Source of the DNA: Gordius albopunctatus
Taxonomy: Eukaryota
NCBI GenBank assembly: GCA_964276515.1
Contig: OZ193910.1
Coordinates: forward strand, 4,712,001-4,776,000
Direction: 5' to 3'
DNA length: 64,000 nucleotides
The notes below the pieces were generated by a model. The model was not told the origin of the DNA, ran no database searches, and saw nothing but the letters and a program-made list of their open reading frames with translations. Shown here piece after piece: positions 51,650 to 64,000 of this stretch; position 1 is the stretch's first letter, and the number at the start of each line of letters is the position of its first letter. The position numbers and the translations under genes are program-made.

Positions 51650-52880
51650 AATAAGGGTGTTATTTAACTGCTAAGTAAATAATTACAAATTGCTAAGTAA
51701 TTTATGCTAAGTATTTTATTAAAAAACGCTAAATTTTTTATGCTAAGTATTTTAATCTAATTGCTAAGTATTTTAAAGGAAATGTTAAGTATTATTTTTT
51801 TAAATGCTAAGTTTTTTATTTTTAAATGCTAAGTTTTTATTACTAAATTGCTAAGTTTTTATTTTGATATGCTAAGTATTTTATTTAAAAAATCTAAATT
51901 ATGAATTTTAATCAAAATGCTGAAAAAAAATATAAGATAATAAGGTTTTAAAGCTAGAAAGGACAAATTTTTAATGGTAATAATTTCAAAGAAAATGTTT
52001 AATTTTTAAGGATGTTATTTAAATTCTCAGTAATAAATTAAGAAATTCTCTGTAAAACGTGCTCAGTATTTTATTAAAGTGCCCAGTTAAAAATTCAAAA
52101 TTGCTCAGTAAATTAACTTTAAAATGCTCAGCTTCAAATTAAAAAATGCTCAGTAATATATATTCATAATTTGTGATATTAATTTATTTTGCGCTTATAT
52201 TTTATAAATAATATTTTAATTGGTATACAATTTTTTTAAAATAAATTAAGAACTTTGCCCCCCTCCCTTTTTCGTCCCGTTGGTTCCCCCCCTTATTTTT
52301 TATTTAGATTTGAATAAAAAAATATCTGTACAACTGACTGCTATAAATTTCAACTCCTGAGCTTCCTGCTTCTTCCTCTTCGTCTGATAAATAAGGCTAG
52401 ATTTGTTGGACTTCCATAATTAAGCAAATAAATGAATGCATGTCAAATTGGTGTGTGATCTTGGCGCCAAAGAACGCCAGTTATTGTTCGATCACATTCA
52501 CAATGTCATATTAAATGTTATATAAAAAACAGACAGCTTAATTTGTTTTAAAATTTATAAAATCTTTTGAATACTTAGCATGATATATTTATAAACCTGG
52601 CATATAATTAAATACTTAGTATAATTTATTCAAATACTTAGCAAATAATTTAAATACTTGGAACAATTTATTTAAATACTTAGCAAAACATTAAAATACT
52701 TAGTAAACAAATAAAATACTTAGCAAATATATAAAATACTTGGCAAAATTCATTTATACTTAGCAAATGAATAAAATACTTAGTATTTGAATTAAAAACT
52801 TATCATTCATTTAAAAACTTAGCAAACGAATTAAATACTTAGCAAATGAATAAAATACTTAGCAAATAATTTGTTGTGAT
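51650..52880. repeat. Foldback-like element with inverted arrays of ~20-bp subrepeats
   Basis: TGCTAAGT repeats at 51669-51885 and TGCTCAG repeats at 52060-52155 oppose ACTTAGCA repeats at 52572-52865. Confidence 0.75.
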
Positions 52881-53812
52881 TCAATAATGACAAAAATTTA
52901 TGAACAACTCAAAGAGGAGGGATTACTTCTTTAAGTAACTGTTTGATCACATATTTTTTTAATAAAAGGGAAACGGTTGCCTTTCCTGCTTCCCCTATTT
53001 ACCCACAAGTTATTTAATTTATTTTAAAAACTAAATTAAAATTTTGGGGAACAAACACCCACTTTGATATTTTTATGAAGTTAATTTGTTAAATATTAAA
53101 TTAAATTCATACGATGATTTTCCTTCTATATGTTTTACTATATGACTTATTTATCGAATTTTGAACTCTTTCAAATATTTCGCAATAAATAAAGCCTTTA
53201 TTGATATCGTGTTAACGCGATACACCAATAGACTTAACAATGAGCCGTGAGTTAGCCTTTAAATTTCTTGACTTTTCAATCCTAAAACTTTTATATAGTT
53301 TAATCCACAAATGCAATGTTTGATTTTAAACATTAATATAGTTCAATTCGAATAATAACTTCCAATTTTGGGACATAAAACAGAGCTTATCCCTCGTAGA
53401 TAATTTTTTCTATAGAAGACTAGATATTCAATTCGTTAGAGAGAGTGGATTACGTTGACTTAAATCAAATAATAATTGTAATCAGTCAGGCGGAACACAC
53501 AAGAGAGCTTTTTTGCTATTAATTTTATCTTTACATCATCATTCTGCAACGCGAGCATTACTTGGTTGCCTTGAGAAATAAATTAAGCATTACACAAAAA
53601 CGTCGTTTTCTTTTATAATTCCTAATCATCTAAGACACTTTCTGATAAATTTCAGCTAAAAAAGCGAATCTAAATTTATTCGCTTCTTTTCATATCGAAT
53701 TAATTAATTTCCCAAATTTGAAGTGATTTTATGATATCATGCGAGTAGCTAAGGGGGGGGGGGGGGGGGTTGGGAAAATTTTTTGGATTAAATAATAAAT
53801 TATAAGTTAAAA

Positions 53813-54325
53813 GGATTCTTATTCAAAAAAAGCTCTTCAAAAAAAGCTGATCAGAAAAAAAGCTAATAAACCAATAGGAACATTTGGAAATTTCGACGTA
53901 TTGCATACAATCTAATGTAAATTTAGGAAAATTTGGCAATTTCTGCGTATAGTGCAGAATATCTAATTGAGAATTTAAACATATTCTCCCGCAATTTAGA
54001 TTAATCCATGGATTTAAGATTCTTCCGCAATTTAGATTTAACCTTCTAAAGGACGTTTTCCCACCATTTTTTATACCATTTTTGAATATCTATACTATTT
54101 TTAGATATCTTATTAATAAATCTAATTATTATTAGATATTATTTTTAAAAATCCTATTTTTGAATATCTAACCCATTTTTATATTTTCAATATTTAAATT
54201 TATTTTCAAATTTGCTATGCAACATACTCCTCATAAGACATCAAGTGCATTTTAGAGTCTAGATTTTTTTTATTATCTTTTTTTCTGATCAGCTTTTTTT
54301 GAAGAGCTTTTTTTTGAACAGAAAC
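53813..54325. mobile_element. MITE (Mutator-like?) with ~55-bp TIRs
   Basis: TTCAAAAAAAGCTCTTCAAAAAAAGCTGATCAGAAAAAAAG and its reverse complement. Flanks AGTTAAAA/GGTTAAAA. Confidence 0.75.
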
Positions 54326-55849
54326 GGTTAAAAGTATTAGTTGCGGTAAAAGTTTATATATAATGTTTCTTTTTGAATTTAATTTTGGACGAATAAGCTA
54401 TTTTTTCATTAATTTGATTTTCCCGAATTCACTTTTCTATACGCCCCAAAACTTAATTGAGCATTTCCCCACACAATTTCCTAGCCCTCCCACATTTAGT
54501 AAGTTTGGGGGTAGTTCCTTCCACATCTTGATAAATTTTTCAGCTATACATCCTTACTACGCAAGCGATTGTAGAAAATGATTTTGACATCCAACGGGTA
54601 ATTTGGCTAGCAGATAACATTGCATCTGAGATACAAAATTTTTAAAATAAGTGTTGACGGCATTTTTATCAGCGAAAGCTAAAGATGATTTAAATGTTTA
54701 AATACTAAATCTAAACCTCGATATCCCTATAGAAAATATTTTCTAACTAATATTACACCTTAATCTATGAGGCCTAGTCAAGTTAACAACTTTACCTCCT
54801 TGATCGAAACCTTCACTTTACAAGTTAAGGAGCGGGTTTCGATAAAAAACAAGTTCTAGCTCACTGTTGAGTTCTTTCCTCAAGATCCCTCAATTATGCT
54901 ATAAACTCAGGAATTTTTTTTGGCTGCTGAAATTATTTAAATGACAAAATAAGATTGTTTATGTTGTATAGCCTTGTCTCAATATTAAGAGACTTGTCCT
55001 GCCAAAAATGCTGTCGACACCCTAACAGCCTACAAAATATTATTAAAACCAGGGCCTAATAGTAATATAACCCCTCCTTTTTTCCTACATGCACCACTGA
55101 ACATAATTTTCTGTAGTCTGGATCTGGAGATTGGAAACTTTTTAAATCGTATAGCAGGGCTCTAATTGTGAATAAGGAGATGGCATTATAGGGATAAAAC
55201 ATATGCTTATAAAAAAGTTATAAATATTTAAAAAGTTTGGTTAAGACTTTATTCTATATTTCTACCTTTCAACTCAACTATACGTGCCTTTCTAAGCATT
55301 CAATTTCTATGTCAAATAAATTATGTTAGATTAAGTAGATTTAGATCGAATATTTTGCAAAAGGACAATACAGAAATTAGGGTAGTCTTCTTAAGTTCCG
55401 TAATTAAAATATGAGCAGATTTGTATGTTAGATAAATTGGGAATTAATATAACAGGTTGTGAGGATAAATAAACTGTATTGTCACTCGTCACCCGACTGG
55501 AGTACGCAGCCGATATCTTATTCTTTGCCTTTACCTCGAATACCCCCCCCTCCCACCCTCATTCTGTTAGAAGCATTGGGGCTGCTCAATTATTTCCTAT
55601 ACAACTTAACGGGCATGTCGAAGCTTTAGGCCCCCCATCCGATCGCTCAAGGCTGGGTTTTATTGGATTTAAATAATAAATATTTAGCAAATATAATTAT
55701 ATTATTACAATAGGTACTTAATGTTTCTTACCAAAAACGTACCCTGATTTTAACATCATGCCCCCAGACCTCCTTGGGAGCTTCGCCTCCAAACCCCCTG
55801 CTGTGGGCTCCACTTCCAGACCCCCGTTGGGGGTTACGACCCAAAAACC

Positions 55850-57000
55850 GCGTTTAGCTTAGGCCAGTCCCTGCTTCACGTATCTTTACTTCAAATCCTC
55901 ATACACATCGGTTACTCTTTTATACTTCGGATAAACAAAGCTTATTTGCTATGCAATTTATGTTGGAATCGTCATGATTGCATAACAAATAATATAACTG
56001 ACAAAAGCTAATATTCATGCCCGACTTGAATCAATTTTTTAGCTATAAAGTTTTGCATATTGCCTAGTTTAACCCTGTACTAATTAAAAAAATTGCATAG
56101 CAATTAATAAAAATAGCAAATAAATTGAAAAGAAGGTATTGTTATTTTTTTTAAATTTTTTAATAAACATATTAAGCAACAATTGGCAAATACATTCTAA
56201 ATATTATACCCTTCTTCTTTAATACAACAATGGGGCAAAAGCTTATTATTTTTTATAATATCAAATGAATGCCAAGCGTATCTTTGCGCAAGTAATTTGG
56301 TATCCACATGATCATAGTTGCACATACAATGCTTTCTAAAGGTAAATTTAATTTTTGGAAATTGGCAAAAGATACGTAAAATCACAAAAATAAATAATTA
56401 ATATATTTAGTTAGCATTTTATACATAACCTGAATTGCATAAATATTTTAAATTGCTATTAATAAGTTTTTACAATAAAATATTTAAAATATTAGGCATA
56501 AAAAATTATTAATGGAGAGTAATGAAAAAAAATTAAATTAAATGGGCTTGCGACGAAATGAGCAGCGACATGCAATAGCTCCGCTATTGCCTGTTACGAC
56601 CGCGCATCTAAAAATTTCACAGGTATCATAAGGATATCTCAAAAAATTTACATGTGCTAAATTGTTCCATTGATCCGTACCAAGAGACGGTCTATAAATC
56701 AATGTTAGCCAAATAAAACGAAAAAAAATTCGATTCACACTTTGGCCAATGGTCATTTTTTCATTGGTCAGCAGCCAGCAGACTGCCTCAAAGTCATATT
56801 ATCAATGGTAGTAACAAGAACAAAAATATTAATTTTAAAAAAATATAAAAAAATTTTGGCCTCCCCGGGATTCGAACCCACAACCTAGTTAAATTAATAC
56901 GAACAAAAAATAAACAACGGGACAAGACATTCGGTGCGTGACACGAACAGCGTGACATAAACAAATGGAAAGTGAGCCCATAAATTGCATAGCAATTAAA
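55850..57000 (-). mobile_element. Further Helentron-type (HINE-like) copies/fragments
   Basis: Same subTIR motif at 55947-55962 (inverted), 56091-56107 and 56978-57000. 56670-57000 matches the repeat units and the 5' end of 43330-43521. Confidence 0.65.
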
Positions 57001-58090
57001 AAAGTTGCAGTTATTCATAAAATTTAAGTTTAGCCTGCAATGTCTATATTTCCCATCCTTAAAAATCTAATTATAATAAACGATCAAATTATTCAATTAA
57101 ATCCTCAATATTTATAAAAGAAATAAATAAAAGTGTAAAAATGATAAATAGTCTATGTTTTTATGCAAGAGGTTTATGTGACTCTATGCCCCACTTGAGC
57201 AAAAGCGTTCTGCTCTGTCGAAAAAATAAATCTCTCGCACAATGAATTATTTATTAAGTGACAATTGTTTTGTGAAAACTCGCTTAGCTCTTGTTGAGAC
57301 ACTATCCACATGGCACATGTAAATATCCATTCAAAAATTTCCATAAATTATTTAAACGTTTTTCTAAGTACCTCTCGCGGTTTTGCACTAGTTTGCGGGT
57401 AATTAAATATGGGCACACGCACATAAAATTTTTTATTAAATAAGCTATATCATCCACCCTTAAGAAATATTATTAATTATAATAAATCAATAAAATTAAA
57501 TAAAGTATTTTAATTTTAATCCTACAACTCTGAATTATTGAAAGGTTTAGTGAGATTTATAAATTACAATTTAATGACTCTTGACAAGACCACTACATAA
57601 ATTAGTTCATAAATAGCTTAAAAATTCATCTTACATATCTATCATCGATTCGATATATAATTAAAGGATGTCTTGACTCTACCATTCCTCGCCCATGTTT
57701 AAACAGCGGGTGTTAAATAGGTTAAAAAATTGTAATGAATCATTTTCAAGTGATTATTGAACAAATCCCGATCGCCCTATTGCTCGCTGATCAATAAACC
57801 TCATCGTAACACGAATTTAATTTTTTTTATCATTTTCGGTCTTTATTTATTTCCCACCAATAAAAGTCAACGCTACTGGGTCGTCCATTAAATCTTTATG
57901 TAAACTTTGTGGACATTATATTAGTTTTCTTATTTCCTATTTATTCATAAATTTTTCAATTAATCATTAATGAGAGCGCCGATCAAAAATCTAAAAACGA
58001 TATTGCTCTCCCTATTCCCACTACATCACTCAGCTATTGAACGGAAGGTGACTTCAAATCTTTTTACGCTAAACGATAGATTTTAGCCAC

Positions 58091-61000
58091 ATGAAAATGG
58101 GTAAACCTAATATCAACGATACTATCCTGGATATTAGAAACCTCAACTCAACTGATTCCACTTCAGGGTTGGCTCCTGAAGATGAAAATATGGTGTTGCT
58201 AGTCCAGTATTATCTTAACAACCCCGTGTCAAACCTACAACTCAATACAGTTTTGTTCGGTTACATCAGTCCGATCATAATACTCATAACTCTGTGTACT
58301 AACACCCTAATAATCATCATATTCCTGAGACATCAACACTGGAAAACACTTAAATCCATCGAACTCATCCTAATATGCTTGGCCGTTTCATCGCTACTCA
58401 CATCTCTTTCCCCGCTCCCTTGGTTCGCATATTACTACACTTTTAAGGCTCACTCCCGACCTTTGGGCTTGGGCTGGTGTCGAATTCATCATTTCGGAGG
58501 CTACATACTGCCTACGATAAGTAATACCATAACTATCTGGACTACCACATTCCTAGCCGTCCAAAGATTTATGGGGATTTATGGGGGAGTTCGAGTAGCC
58601 GACATTACAAACACTCGCCTTTTCACCGTGGCTGCCATGCTAGGTATGAAAAATAATGTTAATTCTGTAACATATCTTGCGGCCACATGTTGGATTAGAA
58701 AACTTTGCAAAACTCACGCATTTATTGTATTTGTGAAGTTCTTTAAATTTAGTAATTTGATTTTATCTGGTGTTCAATAAATTGCCTATTTCTGTTTAGA
58801 TTGTAGGCAACATTGTTATAGAAGCGGATGATAATAATTCTTGTTTAACCCATCTAGGGCCGGAGCACACATATTTGCTTACATATTAACTAAAATTCCG
58901 TCTCTAAATTTTTAATTGCTTTGCAATTTATTTTTAAATACTTACGAATATGAAGCTATAACCTTAGATTTTAAGAGTTATGACATTTTTTGAGAAACTT
59001 TGTTTGGAAAAAATTAATTTTAATATTTTAAAACTTCTTAGAAACAAGTCTAAAAAATGGAACTGAATTTGAAAGCACGGTTTTGTCAACAGCAATATTA
59101 ATAGCTTTAAATATTAAATTATGAAACATTAAGTTGCTAAATTTGTAACGAAAATATAAATAAAATAACTCATGATTAGCAGGTTGTGTAAATTTTTACT
59201 ATTAATAGTATATGACATATGAAGGTCAATTATATTATAAAGTTATTCGTTGCTTAGAAAATTGTATTATAAAAACTGATGCTGAAGTGCTAATTGTCAA
59301 AAAAATTGACCGAAGTCGTACAAAAAATCGCTAGGAAATTATTGTGTAAAAGGATTTACGACTAAAAAATAAATAATTTTTAAAATTAAATTGCTTACAA
59401 AAATATTAAAAATAATCTATCTAACTCATTAAAAAAAGGATATAAAAGGTTAAGAATATTATAAAGTCCAATCCAATTATATGCTTATTTTCGAATCTTT
59501 AATGCAAAAACGAATGACTTCCTAGATTTTATTAATAATTATCCAGTATTTTATTTTTTAGACGTATTTTGCGAAAAGGTCAAAATATATTATAGGTTTC
59601 GGGTCGTTTTATAAAGTTTATTGATTTATTGTAAACAGTGAAATTATTATTTAATAAAGAGAACTGTGTTTAAAATGTATACGTTTATTAAAACTTTGAA
59701 ACATTCATCATTCAATAATATGAGAATAAACCTCGTTAATTCTTGAACGTCGTTAAATATTGTGAACCCTTTGCAAAATGCATGTTTACTGAGCAATAAA
59801 TTATTAAGATCGGATTCCAAATTGTAATTTTTCATTGTTCATGTAAAATAATTTTGACTAAGGTCACATTTGCTTTAAATATTTAAATCAATTTGGTAGT
59901 AACCAATACTTTTTTAATTTTACTTGATTTATTAATTGCATGTTTAACACATATGTCTTCATGTATCCTATGCCTAGACTTATGGATCGCATGCAAATTT
60001 CGAGCTAATAAAAATGTCTATAATTGTAGCTTTTTCATTAAAATCACTAATAAATTTAATTTGAATTTATCCAATTTTAAAGACTGGGGTCATAATTTAT
60101 AGTAAATTCAAACGAGGGTTGGAGATGAAATTAAAGGGGGCAATAATGATATAAGGAGGGGCAAAATGGTAATTGTTTTAAAATTTTAGCCATAATTCTA
60201 ATAAATTTTAAAGATTTTTTTGGATTTAGAGGGTGCCCTGCCTCCCCCCTGGCTACGATCATGGTTGAAGATCGTGCCTTAAGCAATTAAAATGGCAATG
60301 ACATATTTACATAAATATTTTATATAAAGGCGCTACAATTTTTACCTTTTAATTTCACTAGTTATAACTGTGGGGAGCGTCGCAATAAACATAACAAAAT
60401 GCTTCGAATTCAAGCTATACGAAACAACCGCCGGACAATGCGTTAAAGTCCCTTCCCCCTGGTTCTTCGTTATAAAAAACGATAATTACCTTAAAGCTAA
60501 CCTCATCGTTCGTAGCCTGTTCATTGATGTGGCGCCTTGCTTACTAATGATATTCTGTAATTATTACTTGGTCCGTGCCATGCTACGAGGCTTGAGAAAC
60601 ATGGAAATACTTACGGAATTGCGGAATAATCGAGAATCGCTTAAAAAGAGCAAGAACCTATCGCGTTCTACCAAAATGCTCATCACCTTAGTGTCCGCCT
60701 TTCTCATCACGCAAGTCCCCATCATGATCATGATGTCCGTTTATATACTGCACGTCATCGACCCGGTCCACATTAAGGTCAATTTCAAGTGAGTCTTCTT
60801 AAAATAAAGTTTTATGAGAGATCTTGAAATCCTGTATGCATGGGCGTAGCCAGCATTAAAATTAGAGGGGGGGCAATAATGATTTAATGAGGGCAAAATG
60901 AACAATTTTTGAAAAGTTTGCCATAATTTTAATAAATTTCAAAAAAATGGATCTAGAGGGGGGCAGCCGCCCATCCCTGCCCTCACTTGGCTAGGCCCAT

Positions 61001-61813
61001 GCCTGTAAGTAATTGTTTTATTTATCTTGCCTCACCTCATTCACTCCTTAAATGGATAAATAGTCACACACACATTTTTGATCTTTTGTATCAGAAATGT
61101 CAATTGGTCCTATGATGCGTTAATAAATTGGTTTGTATTATCTATATATAACTAGTAATATTTACCTGCATTGCCCGTTAGGATCTGAGATTTATGTTAT
61201 ATATTATTTAATAAGCTATTTATCCGGTTAACATTGTCTAGCATTAAGATATTCTTCGTCAAAACTTAAAAATTAAATGGCTCAACGCTCAGGGTACAAA
61301 TTTGAATTACTAATTAAGATTTTTCACAAAATCAATAACGGTTATTGGTAATGGGATTATGTCGTGGTCAAAAGGAGAGGGGATTGCCTTTTATAAAAAA
61401 GGCCCTTTATAATAGTTCGATTTGTATTAACTTTATTCAGCTTTGAGCGACCTTGGATTGGATGTATTATTTTCATTAATACTTATATCTCATTAATATA
61501 AAGTTTAGTTTAAAACAAAATTTCTAATAATGTAAGATTTAATGAGTTTTTGTCATGAATTTAGTATAAATTGATAATAATTTTTATGAGAAACATAAGA
61601 AAATGTTATGTTGTTATTGTGCGTTTTAGAATTTGGAATTTCGTGGTGCCCTTCCGTAATTTTTTGGTAATACTCAGTAATCCGGCCAACTTTATCGTAT
61701 ATTGCTGCATGAACAAAGTGTTCCGAATCAAATTTATTCGATTGTTCCAGCGACGTAAAGAACTAAGCAACAGCAATAGATCGAATGCATCATCCAAAAC
61801 TTTTATGTTTTAA
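58091..61813 (+). CDS. Class A neuropeptide GPCR, sex peptide/MIP receptor-like, 3 exons, 387 aa
   Basis: Exons 58091-58643, 60362-60788 and 61630-61813 are in frame (1164 nt). Seven hydrophobic segments. Motifs LFGYISPIIILITLCTNTL, LSPLPWFAYYYTF, IWTTTFLAVQRF, FLITQVP and NPANFIVYCCMNKVFR. Confidence 0.88.
60839..61001. mobile_element. hAT-type MITE (CATGGGCGTAGCCA family) in a GPCR intron
   Basis: TIR CATGGGCGTAGCCA / TGGCTAGGCCCATG. TSD CCTGTATG/CCTGTAAG. Related copies at ~16407, 26793, 31149, 35690, 41188, 48640, 60110 and 61950. Confidence 0.85.
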
Positions 61814-62386
61814 AATTTGCTCATTAATCTTGCATAAATAGCTTTATAACAAAACATCTTCTTAAAAGCGACGAATTTTGTATTTTAAATATCGCGTGTC
61901 TGTCCCTAATACTCTTTTTATATCATATTGATTTCAATAATGATCTGTTCGAGGGATTAGCCATGGATAAGATGAGAGGGACATAATTTACCACCCTTAA
62001 ATAAAAAATGCCTACATAATTAACAAAATTGAAGTTAATATTCCAATCGCCATTTCGCCCATCCTTAAATTATTACCCATTATTTTCCCTTCCCCCCAAC
62101 CCAAATCCTCGCTAAGCCCACAAATTTATTCGTTTAAAGCTTAAGTTGCATGAACTAATAAATAAATGAGTGTTTACAAATTGCAAGTGGGCAATTAATC
62201 GACCATATTAAGTATTTAAATATTTAATATATATATATATATAGATTATGAATGATTTAAATAAATAATGTGGTATTTCACTAGTATGTTGAAGATAAAA
62301 TTTCATAGTAATTGCTGATTTCATCGTTAGCTTAATTATTTTCTGAAAAACGATCATCGCCGAGGCTTTTAATTATAACCTGCCCC

Positions 62387-62673
62387 CAGTGGCGTAGCTA
62401 GGGGGAGGCCCCCCAAGAGCAAAAACCGGGCCCCATGCCCCCCCCCCCCCAAGGGAAAAATCTTGGGCCCCCGAGCCCCTTCCGCCAATATTTTTTATCT
62501 TAATTAAGAAACAATATAAAGATTATTATTTTTTTAATTGCATTTGACCCATGGTCGCATTTAGGTTTTGGATTGGGGGGGGGGCAAAACATAAATATTT
62601 TTTATTCTTAAAGGTGGGCGTAGGGAATTTTTTTGCCCCCCCCCCCAAGGCAAAAAGGCTAGCTACGCCACTG
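62387..62673. mobile_element. hAT-type MITE
   Basis: TIR CAGTGGCGTAGCTAG / CTAGCTACGCCACTG. Perfect TSD CCTGCCCC. Confidence 0.9.
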
Positions 62674-62829
62674 CCTGCCCCCAATACAAATTCTTGTAAA
62701 CGTTATTCGAACTATTTAAAGGTGTGCAAATAAAAGGCATCTCTACATAAATATCGATAAAGTTGACAAGTATATTGATTATTCAATAACATGATTATTT
62801 ATTTTACTTACATTACATAAACTCACCTA

Positions 62830-64000
62830 GCGCATTTAGTCTTCTCGGGATGTTTTTGTCGCACAGAACGAACACCTGTCAAGTCCCTCCACTTGAGCCA
62901 TCCAGAATTTATCTTTGCTTAGATTTCTTTATCCATTCCACCATCCGATTGAAGCGTTGATCCTAAATATTTGAAGGAATCCACGCTTGTAAGTTGCTAA
63001 TTGCCTAAAGTAAGGGATGCACTTTGCTGGTTTTCATCCGATTTAAACTTTGTCTTCATGCAATCTGTTTTCTTTCGATTTACCTTGAGACCACTTTCTT
63101 CTATTGCATTTACCCATCTATTTACAGTATTAGCCAATTCTTGTTAACTTTTGGCACAGAAGATTATATCGTCTGCAAAGATCATTGCCCAAGGAGCTTC
63201 CTCGCCCAAGTCCTTGGTAATATTATCCATTATCATTATGAATAGGAAGGGACTAAGAGCTGAACCTTGATGGACTTCAGTATTAATGGCAAAGCCCTTT
63301 GTAGTCCCCACCGTTGTTCTAATGTACGTTCTATTTCCCTTGTACATATCTTTTATTGCTCTGACGTATACTTGTGGCACATTGTTCTCTTCAAGACATT
63401 TCCAAACTAAATTACGAGGAACTTTATCGAACGCCTTTTCTAGATCGATGAAACACATGTGCAAATCTTCTACCCTTTCTTTAAACCGTTCCATTAATCT
63501 TCTAACACTGTTTAGGGCGTCTTCTGTAGACCTCTCCGGCATAAATCCGAATTGGTTATCTCGAATTTGAACCAAACTCCGAAGCCGTTTTTCGATCACT
63601 TTTTTCCACGCCTTAAAAGTGTGACTCATAAACTTTATCCCTCTGTAATTGTTACAATCCTGAATGTCCTCTTTCATCTTGTATATCGGGATCATGTAGC
63701 TATCCCTCAACTCGTTAGGCATTTTACCCGTTTTCAAGAATTTGTTGAAAAGGTTGGCGAGGAATTGTGCACCAGTATTGCCTAACGCTTTGAAGCCCTC
63801 TGTTGGTATATTGTCGGGTCCAAGGGCTTTTCCTGGCTTTAGTTTACCCATAGCAACTTTGACTTCCGTTTCCGTGATCCAGTCCGCTGTGTTTAATTCT
63901 CCTATTGTGTTTTCCTGGTTAGTGTCTTCGATTACAGGCCCCTTTTCGATTGATAAATCGCTATAATAGTCGTACCATCTTTGTAGTATATGGCTGTCGT
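62830..64000 (-). mobile_element. RTE-clade LINE RT fragment (different subfamily), runs off the window
   Basis: Motifs GKALGPDNIP, YRGIKF, NQFGFMP, FIDLEKAFD, HQGSALSPFLF, FADD and FKYLGS, with stops. Confidence 0.9.

Overview
AT-rich eukaryotic (invertebrate, protostome-like) genomic DNA with GT-AG introns. It is not prokaryotic, and no CRISPR array or rRNA is present. Four host genes could be hand-spliced: NDUFAF5 (1611-2866, -, seven introns of only 34-41 nt); a secreted Cys-rich/WAP four-disulfide-core protein (16846-~19250, -); an animal heme peroxidase of chorion-peroxidase/peroxinectin type (29610-37229, -, 15 exons, ~718 aa); and a sex-peptide/MIP-receptor-like GPCR (58091-61813, +). 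The rest is a dense transposon landscape: two Mag-like Ty3/gypsy elements, a solo LTR, a mariner relic, several RTE LINE copies, hAT deletion derivatives and MITEs with 8-bp TSDs, Helitron-type elements and foldback elements. Most unusual observations: (i) a 3.5-kb Helentron-type (HINE/DINE-like) element built from tRNA-like/B-box tandem repeats, inserted cleanly into an RTE ORF; (ii) a gypsy element whose RT core is replaced by a 61-bp inverted copy of its own LTR; (iii) ultra-short introns; (iv) an intact, spliced but C-terminally truncated hAT transposase; (v) a tail-to-tail RTE pair sharing one nonsense codon; (vi) a near-perfect 141-bp hairpin. All calls come from reading the sequence by eye; no database searches were run.
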